Shown one piece after another: positions 12,584 through 23,987 of a stretch of DNA of 64,000 nucleotides. The notes below the pieces were generated by a model. It made no database searches. It was not told where the DNA came from and saw nothing but the letters and a program-made list of their open reading frames with translations. Within the stretch, counting starts at the first letter, position 1. Each line of letters starts with the position of its first letter. Origin of the DNA: Felis catus (taxonomy: Eukaryota); NCBI RefSeq assembly GCF_018350175.1, contig NC_058368.1:130326001-130390000 (forward strand). The letters run 5' to 3'. The position numbers and the translations under genes were made by a program.

Positions 12584-13937
12584 AAAAATCCTTCAAAAGG
12601 GAAATGCACATTGTATGCCAATGTCCAGCTTTGCTTTATTGAAAATTCAAACACATAAAAGCAAACATTACAAACTTTAACTGACCTTTCTATATTTACA
12701 AGTTAAAAAGAAACATGCTAGCTAAAATAAGCATTAGTTGAATAACTAATAATCCTTAGAAGAATAAATGAGTAATCATAAGTAATGATTAAGATAGAAG
12801 AAATACTATTTATCATGCAACTGTAAACATATAAGACTACTAGGAGAAAACAGATGGGGACAGAAAAAAGAAAAGAAGTCTACATGAGAGTTTAGAGCAG
12901 GGTAAATGAAATTCTGAAGAGGGATGATGAGGGTCTCCAGGTATCTAAGAAGAAGGGGAGATGAAGGGCCCAGAGATCACATAAAATGGAAAATGCAGCT
13001 GTTGTAGTGAAATGAGTTTCTTAGATTATTTTTTTTCTTGCCTTTGCTTTGTTTCTGTTAAACAAACATAGTGGTTCTTAACCTGTTTTGATCAAGGAGC
13101 CTCTTGAAAATCTGGCTAAAATTACAGAGCTTCTTCCCAGAAAAATGCCCATAGGCACAATATTCTCAAAGGCAACACACAAAGTGGAGCCCAATATAAC
13201 TTTCCTTGTTTACTCATAACTATATCTGATCTCTAGCCCAAGCCTGCATTCTGCCTGATAGCAGGAACCTAATCTAGCTCCTGGAACTACACCATCTCTT
13301 AGGTGACCTCTTCATGATTTGGGGTTTAAAAGAACAACAAAAAAATCAACCGTTTTTTCCCTCTTCCTCCTTCTGGGGCTTCATTCTAAAGTCTAGGGCT
13401 CTGCTTCTTGGTTTTGGTCGGCTCTGAGCAGGTGTCCCTGAGACATACAGCCAGCACACCAGTGCACTGAAGCTTTTGGTCCTTGGTTCCTTGAGCTCTT
13501 GCTTTCCTTGCAGGGCAGCCATGTCCCCATCGTGCTCCTGTGGCAAGGTCCCTGCTGTGTCTTTGTGTCCTGTCATATTCTCTCTTTCTCCGGACCTGGG
13601 AAGGTATGGCTACTTACTTACTGCTTCTCTGTAACTGAGGAAGCCTGGGGGCTTTCCAGCTCTCTCTCCCCTTGACACTCCGACACTGACACTCTGTGAG
13701 CCCCTCAGTGCTGTTCGCTGTGCATCCGTGCAGTTTGCGGCTCTCCTGCTTTGTGGGTAATCCTTAAACCTCTGCACTCAAAACACACTTTCTTTCCTGG
13801 TCCTTGGGTTGTGCTCAGGTGCAGGACTTCTGACACCTAAGCCCTCCTACCAATTTCCTTTCTCCATGGCAATGTGAAGGCTCTGGAGGGGAGGGGAGAA
13901 ATAACTTGGTCATCAAGTATTCTCTTGGGAATTTAAG

Positions 13938-13938
<1 letters not shown>

Positions 13939-13983
<45 letters not shown>

Positions 13984-14000
13984 TACACATACACACATAT
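13939..14000. repeat. (CA)n microsatellite
   Basis: About 21 pure CA units followed by a degenerate tail. Confidence 0.97.
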
Positions 14001-14039
14001 ATGTATTTCTGTTTTTTTTAATAGAAAAAGTAAATGAAA

Positions 14040-15135
14040 AAGTAATAACATTAATTACAATAAGTGGAAATGGAATAAAAGGGATGCAGAAGTGAAGGAG
14101 ACATCCGAGTGTGCATTTTTAATAATTTGGACTTGTAAACCATATTAACAATTTATTCAAAACTAAAATCAAATGAAAAAGGATTAGAACAGTCAAACCC
14201 TAAAATTGTTTGTAACAGAAACAAATGATCCTAACTACATATCAGATTGATAACATAACATAACAACAGGAAGGATATTTAATTGGATATATTTGAACAC
14301 ATGTTTGTTTACTTGGATATAATCTAAGATAACAAAGGAACTGCAGGGAAATCTTAAACTATATTTAGTAGTCTGCTCCTGGCAATAGTATTGTTATTAT
14401 AATTCTAAAACTGTTTTGTGTGTACTTTAGGATAGAATGAATGAGTTTGTGTATTGATATTGTTGGCAACCAGGCTTTTCCCCAGGAGAAGGGAGTTACA
14501 TGTACAGGCTGAGGGACAGTAAGGAAGAACTCTGTGGTATTAAATTTAGATTGCAGTTACTAATATAAGTTCATGATTTTCAAGTATCTGTACATAGATG
14601 TAGGTATATAGTATTCATATTATATAAATACTAGAGAACTAACGTGTGTGTGTTTGTATATACACACATGAACATATAGGGATAACTAGCAAACTATATA
14701 CATTCATTCTTCCCAGGAAAGACCTAAAAGCAATGTCACCCTTGTGGTAGTGAGTACTCCTAGCATCCAGATCTTGGTTGTAAATACCATTATCCCCTAA
14801 AAGAAACCAGATCTCAAAGAAACTGCTAACTTGGGGGGAAAGTACAAAGTGAGCCTTGAACTTCGCACCAGGAAAGAGTGGTGTTCAAACATTAACTGGG
14901 TGTTTTCAAGTATGCACCATGAATAAAATGGTAGGTAACACATATAAAAAGTTTTTGTTTCACAGTAATACCCAGAAATAGAGGGGAGGGCGAGGGAGGG
15001 AAAGAGGTTGAGAAAGAAAAATTTTCCCCTTTTAAATAGAATAAATACTGAGTGAATGCTGGAACAATCACCACCTTGTAATCTCCAGCATGATAACGTT
15101 GGTTCAGACAAGCATCACCAATTGATGCTGTAGTG
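14040..15135 (+). mobile_element. Old L1 (L1MC-like) 3' region
   Basis: gacctaaaagcaatgtcaccc...ctagcatccagatcttggtt...aaataccatt...aaagaaaccag...ggaaagtacaaagtgagcc resembles the recalled L1MC 3'UTR. Confidence 0.7.
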
Positions 15136-15136
15136 T

Positions 15137-15665
15137 TGTGGTAGCAGAGTAACGGCCCCCAAGGGTGTTCATAGTCTAATTCCAGAAATGTGTTACTTTA
15201 CATGATAAAAGTGGTGTTGCACGTGAGAGCAAAGCTAAGAACCTTGAGATGGAGATGGGAAGCCTGGGTGGCTCGGTTGGCTAAGTGCCTGACTCTTGAT
15301 TTCAGCTCTTGTGAGGTTGAGCCCAAGTCCGGCTCTGCACTGGGCGTGGAGGCTGCTTAGGACTCTCTCTCTCCCTCTGCCCCCCCCCCCCCACATGTGT
15401 GCTTGCACCATCCTTCTCTCTGTCTTTCTCAAAATAAGTAAACAAACTTAAAAGCAAAAAGGACGTTGAGATGGAGGGGTTATCCTGGGTTACTTGGGTG
15501 GGCCCAATGTATTCAACAGCGACCTCATAAGTAAAAGAGGAAGCCCAGACAGAGAGCACTAGGGAGCTGGCAGAGTGAGAAGGACTTGGCCCAAAGCTGC
15601 TGGCTCTGAAGATGGAGGAAGTGGACCATGAGCTACAGGAAGCAGGCACACAGGGAAACGGCTGG
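15137..15665 (+). mobile_element. MLT1 (MLT1D-like) MaLR LTR, interrupted by a SINEC and 3'-deleted
   Basis: tgtggtagcagagtaacggcccccaa...ttgagatggag [SINE] ttatcctgggtta...ggtgggcccaatgta...tggctctgaagatggagga. Confidence 0.8.
15258..15458 (+). mobile_element. SINEC nested in MLT1
   Basis: TSD aagaaccttgagatggag / aaggacgttgagatggag on either side. Confidence 0.93.
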
Positions 15666-15669
15666 AAGG

Positions 15670-15786
15670 AGGGAAGCAGTGTGTCAACACCTGATGACTC
15701 TTGGCGAGGGATATGCAAGTGTTCATTATCCTTTCTACAGGGTTGATAGTTTTAAAGATAAAAAACGAATTAAAAAATAAAAAAGA
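15670..15786 (+). mobile_element. Old L1 extreme 3' end with A-rich tail
   Basis: tgtcaacacctgatgactcttggcgagggatatgcaagtgttcatt followed by an A-rich tail. Confidence 0.55.
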
Positions 15787-16279
15787 AAGCCTACACCCCG
15801 AGTTCAGCTAGACCTGGGTGATTTTTGTCATTTTGTATATAGGAACGGTTAACAGTGCGAACACAGACATACATACCAACGAATGGCAGGGGTGGAGTGA
15901 AACTGTGTTCCAGCTACACACCTGTTTTATGTTTCATTAGATTGGTGTTCAACCACCTGTGGGCCCCGGTAACTGCAGGATCCCTTGTAGAAAGTCTGGC
16001 CTGCAAAAATGCCTTTGAGTACCTAGCTTTGTTTTTGAACAGTACCTCACAAATATTCTATTAATTTGCAATGCCAATTGAGCTGTTTTCATTTTTAAAA
16101 TACTTAAAAATAAAAATATTCTCTTTCTGTTAAATATGTACATTGAGTTTTTAAAACCTGAAAATCCAGGAATATGTAACCTTTTTCGTTTTTTTTCTGG
16201 GCGCTTCTACAGCACCACTGCATGTTCTCACCCATCAACATAGGACAATATTGATCTCAAGTCAAGTATCACCAGAAGA

Positions 16280-16382
16280 ATTGCTTTGAGGGTGGAGAAT
16301 TTGATCTTTTTTGTTCCTTGCTATATTTTAGAGCCTAGAACACAGTGCACTGTATTTAACATGCGTCCAATGAACACTGGTT
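16280..16382 (+). mobile_element. L2 3' end, split by MER21 (resumes at about 17061-17077)
   Basis: tttgagggtggag...ttttgttc...gcctagaacacagtgc; the tail aaatgaatgaatg follows the LTR. Confidence 0.6.
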
Positions 16383-17060
16383 TGTGGTAGAAAAATACCC
16401 AGTTCTTTCCTCCTGTGTCTACTTTTACACAGAACACTTCACCTCTGACACCAGATACGTAGAATTTTTTTTACCACCAAGCAGTTCTCTGTGACACCAG
16501 CTGGGCATCCTACAGTTTACCTCAATTCTGACGTTATCTACTTGGAGATGATAGTGTCCAATCTCATAGGTTAAGGACTCGGTCCCACAAGACTGCTCCT
16601 CACTTCAGATGCCAGTCACAGCTAGTAGCTGCCAGGGTTACTCACAATTGCTGTTTGACTTAGCTAGCTACAAGTAGGAAGTCCCGTTTTGGATTTCATT
16701 AGTTGCTAGAGCAACTCAGAGAATTCAGAGAAACATTTGCTCACATATACCAGTGTATTAAAGGATTTAAGAAAGGATACAGATGAATAGTCTGATGAAG
16801 AGATACCTGGAGTAGGTCTGGAGGATCTGAAAGCAGGAGTTTCTGTCCCCGGGGAATTGGAATGTGTCAACCTCCCATAAGCTTCTAATCATGGCTTGGT
16901 CTTTTTGGTGATCAGCCCCATCCAGGAGCCATCTAGCACCCACCCAGAATTATGTTATTAGAGCAAAAACACCCCTATCACCTAGGAAATTGTAAGGGTT
17001 TTAGGAGCTCTGTGCCAGGAATTGGGGGCAGAGGCCAACATATATTTCCTATTATCTACA
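16383..17060 (-). mobile_element. MER21-family solo LTR
   Basis: TG...CA termini. The reverse strand begins tgtagataataggaaatatatgttggcctctgcccccaattcctggcacagagctcctaaaaccc, as in the recalled MER21 start. Flanks are ggtt/gctt. Confidence 0.85.
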
Positions 17061-17316
17061 GCTTAAATGAATGAATGGGGTAGAAGAACTGTAAGTAGGG
17101 AACCACATTAGTTAAAATGTCATGTATTATCCATCCACATGCACACAAAATTTTATGTTTGAGAGCCATTACATAGCTCCCTGAAGTCCATCCTTAGACT
17201 CTAAATTAAAACTCCCCTCTCTACCAATTCTCCTTCCCTCTCAGTAATTTTTCTTTTGATCTTCTAGTCCTTATTTCTCCATTACTTGATTGTCATTTTT
17301 AAATAGGACCCACCAG

Positions 17317-17524
17317 GGGCGCCTGGGTGGCTCAGTTGGTTAGGCATCTGACATTGGCTCAGGTCATGATCTCACGGTTTGGTTTGTGAGTCCAGCCCCG
17401 CATCGGGCTCTGTGCTGACAGCTCAGAGCCTGGAGCCTGCTTTGGATTCTGTGTGTATGTCTCTCTCTCTGCTCCTTCCCCACTTGTGCTCTGTCTCTTA
17501 AAAATGAGTAAGTGTTAAAAAAAA
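17317..17524 (+). mobile_element. SINEC
   Basis: Perfect 16-bp TSD aaataggacccaccag at 17301-17316 and 17525-17540. Confidence 0.97.
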
Positions 17525-18606
17525 AAATAGGACCCACCAGCTTAGCCGAACATGTCTTTTGCTTGCATTTTATTTCTGGGAACACATTTTGAGCTCGTAA
17601 GGACAGAAACTACTTCTTAGATATTATTGCTCTTTTTTCAAACATGGAACCTGACACAAGGGCTTGTTTTTGTGGGCATTTGCTATTTTCATCTCTTCCA
17701 GCTTCCATTCATTCCTCCTCTCTTGGTAATACCATCCTACTTTCTTTCTAGAAAAATTTTCTCACCTCTCTTATGTGAAGCACTGTGGGTAAAAAACAAA
17801 ATTGCCCTGCCCTCTCCTAGCCAAGTTGGGGAGAAGGAGTCTGTGGGGGGAAAAATGTTAACATCTAGACTGTCATCTTCCTCAGCATCATAATTAATTG
17901 AGAGAAGAGAGACGATTGTCAAACTTCTTACAATATCAAAGAATTTACTCATTGAAAGTAAGTGAGAGTCTTCTTAGGATTGCTATGAATGGATGACTGA
18001 TCTACAAATATTCTTGCACAGTGCATTTGGTTGTCAGGATAATTTATTGTATAACCTGTAATGTTTGATTGGCATCTGCACAAAAGGAAGGAAGCTAGGC
18101 GGCCTCTCTGTCAGTCCTCCAGTGACAAGTAAGTAGCAAGATACTTCAGCAATGGAACCCTAGACCATTCAGTTTTCTTGTGCTTATGTCATTTAAACTA
18201 ACGTCAGTACTTGTAAATTGTATCCCACATAGTGATCTGGATATTGGGAGGTGTGTGTGGTGTGTTCAGTGCCTCAATGAAATTGTTGCCCTATGCTGTA
18301 TCCTTTCTTAGGGCTTGTAAAGTTAGTGTGAGGATAAACCTATCGTATCCTATGCATCTGGTTGACAATTTTGCCATATGTGACTATGGCTCAGTCAATG
18401 ATATATTGGTGGCACATGTTCTAGATGGATTCTTTTTTTTTTTTTTTTTGTAGTTTTACTGCCAGCCCAGCACTGTGCCAAAACAATAGAATGGTTCTTA
18501 TCCTCTACCTGTGTTACTTGTGTTTCTATTTCTAAGCTTTCCCACTGATTTGGCTAGCATGTTCTTTCCAGTGAATTCCGTTCACTGAAGTTAACCGGAG
18601 ATGGTT

Positions 18607-18870
18607 TCTTTTCTTTTCTTTTATATTTTTTAAAGATTTTTTTAACAATTTATTTTTGAGAGAGAAAGAGAGAGGGGGAGAGGGAGAGGGAGAGAGAGAG
18701 AATGCGAGCATGGGAGGGGCAGAGAGAGAGGGAGACACAGAATCTGAAGCAGGCTCCAGGCTCTGAGCTGTCAGCACAGAGCCTGATGCAGGGCTCGAAC
18801 CCATGAACTGCAAGATCATGACCCGAGCCGAAGTCAGACACTTAGCCGGCTGAGCCACACAGGCACCCCT
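18607..18870 (-). mobile_element. SINEC
   Basis: Full body with expanded purine tract; TSD approximately gagatggtt on both sides. Confidence 0.96.
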
Positions 18871-18964
18871 TCCAGAGATGGTTCTGTTGGCTGCAATCGA
18901 AGAACTTTGGCTGATAGGGCTATGAATAAGATAAGTCCTCAATATATTTTCATTATAGGATTAA

Positions 18965-19792
18965 TGTCTCCATTAATTGTTGCTGTACAATAAACCACCT
19001 CTAAACCCAGAGCCTGAAGCAGCAACCGTTCATTCAGCTCACAGTTACACGCTTCTACAGATTCGACTGCTTTCAACTGGATTGTTCTCTTGGTCTCAAC
19101 TGGATTTTCTGATGTTTTTTTGTGATGGGGTGTAGGTCATTGGGGAAACTTTGCTTCTGGGTGATGACTGGTCATCTATCAAGTTGGTCTGAGCTTTTCC
19201 ATATGGTGGCAGTGGGGTCTCAAGAGAATGATGGATGAATAATGGGTTGAATTATGTTCCCCCAGAACTCCTATGTTGAAGCCCTAACTCCCAGTATCTC
19301 AGACTGTGACTATATTTGGAGATTGGACCTTTAATGAAGCTGATAGGATGGGCACTAATCTGATATGACTGATGTTCTTATCAGACGAGGAAATTTGGAC
19401 ACACAGAGAGACACTGGAGGTGCACACGCATAAAGACCACGTGAGGACACAGCAAGAGGGCAGCTGTCTGCAAGCCAAGGAGAGAGGTCTCAGTAGAAAG
19501 CAAATCAGCCAACACCTTAATCCTGGACTTCTGGCCTCCAGAACTGGGAGAAAATAACACTCTGTGGTTTAAGTCACCCTATCTGTGGTTATGGCAGCCC
19601 TATCAGACTAATGCAGGCTGCACACAACGTCATTGTGGCTTATGCTCACAATTGGTACATCACTTCATGTGCATTATATTATTCAAACTGAGTCACACAC
19701 AAATCCATCCCAGCTGGAAAATTACATTACAAATGGGTCTAAATGTAGGGAAGAGAATAAGTGAGGCCATACTTGCAAATAATCTGCCACAG
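18965..19792 (-). mobile_element. Older MLT1 (H/F/I-like) LTR split by MLT1B
   Basis: ttgctgtacaataaaccacctctaaac...ttcagctcacag...atggtggcag, then after the insert tcacttcatgtgcatt...agtcac...aatctgccaca. Confidence 0.6.
19238..19615 (+). mobile_element. MLT1B-like solo LTR
   Basis: atgggttgaattatgttcccc...tatgttgaagccctaac...caagccaaggagagagg...ggcctccagaactg...ggcagccct...ctaatgca, with 5-bp flanks ggatg/ggctg. Confidence 0.88.
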
Positions 19793-20544
19793 TGGTTTGA
19801 ATGGTAAGGAAGCACACAGAATAGAAATAGATACTAATGCAGGAAATGTTGTTAGATACTCTAATCTACAATTGAAGTGTTTTATACTAGGCATATTTCT
19901 ATTTCTTAGAGTGGAGTAGGCTAGCTCATGTTTATCCCATAGCCAGTACGATGAAAACATACCCGCCCACTTCAAGGAGGCCCTCTTCTTTGTGGTATGA
20001 ACCAGGAAGTCTTGGCAAAGGACCAGAGCAGTGGGAGGAATGGTATTCTTTCCTTTACAGATCAAATGATATCATTAGATCCTAAAAATTAGTATTACCA
20101 TGTCTTATTAATTTTTCAGAAGAATATTTGCCAAAACCTTGTCATTGACAGGCTGGAGTGGTAGAAGAGGTCAGAGAAGGCCATTGACTTTAAAATATGT
20201 ATATATGCTCTAAGCCTTTAAAGTAGAGTCTACATCTCATTCCCCTTGGCATCTCTCCGTGATAATGGCATGCTTTGCAAAGATGCTCAAATATCGAAGA
20301 ATTAATACTGCCTTCTATAGTGGATACTGGAATCATTAGTTATGTCTTGCCTCAGGTCACTGGAAAACTTACTATTTTTTACTTTGGATTGTAGAACTAG
20401 GCTAAAATCAGGGCTAGAAAAATTTGTGTGGTGGCCTACAGAATTAAAAAAAAAATTGCATTGCTTCAACAAATATTTTTAAAATATTTGTTCAACATTT
20501 ATTTAGAGGTTGAAATGGATTTATTTAAAAATCCTCCCTTTGTT

Positions 20545-20577
20545 TTTCCTTCCTTCCTTCCTCCCTCCCTCTTCTCT

Positions 20578-20675
<98 letters not shown>

Positions 20676-20680
20676 TCCTT
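20545..20680. repeat. Compound (CCTT)n/(TTTC)n microsatellite
   Basis: Seen directly. Confidence 0.96.
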
Positions 20681-21206
20681 ATCCTCTTTTTCTATTTTAC
20701 TTTGTCTCAAATAAAAATTCGCTTCATTGAGATCATTAGGGGACACTGAAGTATTCCTGAGGCAGCAGGAGATGCCAAGAAAGGTGTTTGCATTGTCTAG
20801 CGCTGGCTGTCTAGCTACTGTACACGGAGCTCAGCTGAGCCATGTTTGGTTTTCCAAATCCCTCTTCCCATCCTCACACCTACCAGGTTTCTTCTCTCTC
20901 TCTCTGCTTCCCCACTGTGCTCTGCCTTCTTGCCCATGCCTTGCACATTCTCAATCTCTTCCTGGGATTCTTAATCCTTCTGCCTTTCTCAGGCAGAACA
21001 GTTTAGCTCTGTAACAGCTCTAACTTCAAACTCGGATACTCCCCCACTCCCTAGTTTAAACTGCCTGCAGTAACATCAAAGGTCATTCTGTGAAGGGCCA
21101 AAGTTTTCTTCTGTTTAATAAAGAGAAGTTCCTTGAAATACCAGAATTTACTTTCCTTAGAAGGCAGTGGGAAATAAAATATGACAAATTTGCTGTGATA
21201 AAGTTT

Positions 21207-21430
21207 CTTTTTTTTTTTTTTAATTTTTAATGTTTATTTTTGAGAGAGAGCGAGCGAGCAAGCACAAGCATGGGGGGACGGACAGAGAGACAGGGAGACA
21301 CAGAATCCGAAGCAGGCTCCAGGCTGTCAGCACAGAGCCCGCCACAGGCTCCAACTCATGAACTGAACCGTGAGATCATGACCTGAGCCAAAGCCAGACA
21401 CTTAACCATCTGAGCTACCCAGGTGCCCCT
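21207..21430 (-). mobile_element. SINEC
   Basis: Reverse-complement SINEC, followed directly by a second SINE tail stub at 21431-21470. Confidence 0.95.
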
Positions 21431-21972
21431 TAAAAAAATGTTTTTAAATGTTTGTTTATTTTTGAGAGACTGTGGGCAAATTTCTATAGTAAAATACAAA
21501 ATAAGCAATTGGTTACATGGCCTGCATAGGAGTGGGAGCCTGTTTACATGTTCCCATTTCGTAAAGAGTTGTTTTGGTCTGTAAACTTGAGTTAAAATGA
21601 TTCCCATGATATTTTGGCATCTGCTTTGGAGTAGAGTCCTGGAGGTATTGAACTTGTCCAACCTTTAACACACCCTCATTTATGGTGGTAATGGAATTAA
21701 CTTTATCTGTGGAAAGATCATTGGCAGCATTAATTGGGATATAAAAGCTTTAATCTCCAACTGCCCCTGTCCTCAGAACACCCAGCCAGTCACATTGGCC
21801 TTTCTAAGTTCTTCTGGTGCCAGAGAGCTGTGGTTTGAAAAACATCACCAGCTTTGTACTTAAATGATCATGAGTTGCTATAGAAATAATATTTGGGGGG
21901 ACCTAACATTATCTTAAAATTGTTTTGTTTTGCTCACATTTTGGAGGAATTAGAAAAGACCTCAACATAACC

Positions 21973-22186
21973 TTTTTTTTTTTTTTCGTTTATTTATTCT
22001 TGGGACAGAGAGAGACAGAGCATGAACGGGGGAGGGGCAGAGAGAGAGGGAGACACAGAATCGGAAACAGGCTCCAGGCTCTGAGCCATCAGCCCAGAGC
22101 CTGACGCGGGGCTCGAACTCACGGACCGCGAGATCGTGACCTGGCTGAAGTTGGATGCTTAACCGACTGCACCACCCAGGCACCCC
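21973..22186 (-). mobile_element. Young felid-type SINEC
   Basis: Carries gagccatcagcccagagcc and cctggctgaag variants; TSD approximately ca(t/c)aacctt. Confidence 0.96.
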
Positions 22187-23439
22187 ACAACCTTTCTTAA
22201 AAACTACCTCTCAAAAGGCATCTCTTGTGAAACTTAAGTCCTAGATTGCTCTCTACCTTGTTATCCCCCACAAAAAACATCAGGGCCATCTTGGAAATGG
22301 AAAGAAGTGACTTACACAAACGCACACACATGCATGCACACACATGAATAGGTAACGTAGGATGTAGACAAGAAGGGGGATTTGAAAGATACATTTTACA
22401 ACTGCACTGCATAAAATATTAATCAGTTTTGCCCATCTCACTGTGGCTTGGAACCAAAATTAATTCGTGGTTTTCAGGGAGGACTTTGAAAATTCAAAAG
22501 GCCAAGTGACTTTTAGATACCTCATCAGAGTCTTTGGGCATCAACTGATGTTATGCCAGTAGATGCTGTGTAACCAGTTCTGTGCAGGATGTGACCAGCT
22601 TTACACATCTGCACCCTTGGCACACTTCACCTCAGACCTCTCACTTCCTGCCCCAGAGCTTCCATGCTGATGTTGCACTGTGTGCACATAGGGGGCGGGG
22701 TGGGGTGGGGGACATGTGGGGACTCAGAAGTGCAGGGAGTTCAAGGTGTTCCAGAGTGAAGTAAGAACCCAGATGCTGATTGCATGCTTTCTCCCCTCTC
22801 CCCTGTTCCCCTCGGGAAGTCCTGTGAATGGAACAGCCCATTTCTCCTGCAGTAGCCACCACCATCCTGCATCTTTCTGTTGCTCCTCCCAACTTTTCCA
22901 CTTGATTTCACTGCCCTTCACACCTTCTCCCTGGATCCGACTCCCTGAGAACTTGGTCTTTGTTTTCCACTCTATTTTCTTGGGAACCCAAGCTAAGATG
23001 CTCATCAAAAAAGAAGATAAGATTGGAAAAATAAGAAAACTGGAAACTCAAACTTTGCTTACTTGAAAGTGTTTTATGTTCATGGGGTGAAGGCCTATTT
23101 CCCCACTTCATTCTTTGAAATATTCAATAAGACGTGATATTTCTGTTTTTTTTTCTCCAAAGACTGACTAAATCTATAAGTGCATTGGAAAATATGAAAA
23201 ATGTGAACAGTTCCTAGAACACAGAAGGAAATGGAGATTTGATTGCAAGACAGTCAAGAGCACAGAAGTCGATGTCTCAAGGTCCATCTCAAACTTAAGT
23301 TAGCACCTTGAGGCCAGGGGTGGGGGAGTGGGGGGGTGGGAGGGTGGGTAGGGGCTGGCTGGTTATCTTTACTGCCTTATCTGAGGTTTCCAGCAGTTAG
23401 TGATACACAGGGTAGAAAGAATGATACTTTTCTTAGGGT

Positions 23440-23700
23440 ACTTCATTCATTTACCCAACAATCTCTGTGCCAACTGTGTAGCTAGAATTTGGGAACAAAG
23501 AGGAATGAGACAGGACCCTGCCTTCAAGCAGCTCTGAATGGAGAAGGGCATGTACTTCCTATTTTCTGACTCATAGTTTGGTCATTTGTGCTACATATTT
23601 TATTTTTACTAGTAGACTTTAGCATTCCGGGTGCAGGATGTCAATCATCTTTGTACCTCTATGGAGATGAGCATATACCAGGAAATAAAATAACATTTTT
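23440..23700. mobile_element. L2 fragments
   Basis: ttcattcatttaccc...gaccctgccttcaagcagct and tagactttagcattccgggtgcagga. Confidence 0.5.
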
Positions 23701-23759
23701 TTGGAAGCACTTAAAAAGTTCTGAGGGAGCTTTATAAACTGATTGAAAATGATAATTAT

Positions 23760-23987
23760 ATTTTTTTATTTTTTAAAAAAAATTTTTTAACGTTTATTTT
23801 TGAGACAGAGAGAGACAGAGCATGAACGGGGGAGGGTCAGAGAGATAGGGAGACACAGAATCTGAAACAGGCTCCAGGCTCTGAGCTGTCCGCACAGAGC
23901 CCGATGCGGGGCTCGAACTGACGGACCGCGAGATCATGACCTGAACCAAAGTCGGACGCTTAACCGACTGAGCCACCCAGGCGCCCC
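23760..23987 (-). mobile_element. SINEC, CpG-intact
   Basis: Perfect 16-bp TSD tgaaaatgataattat at 23744-23759 and 23988-24003. Confidence 0.97.

Noticed and set aside
17317..17400. tRNA-like A/B boxes
   Set aside because: These are tRNA-derived SINE heads followed by a CT tract, polyA and TSD, not tRNA genes.
18532..18942. Recurrent AQSVK..TSAQVMIS..SSPASGSVLTAQSLEP ORFs that look like a gene family
   Set aside because: All are readings of CAN-SINE bodies.
20428..20749. FFLS/KKER-repeat ORFs
   Set aside because: Read-through of (TTTC)n; the same applies to 42223-42605.
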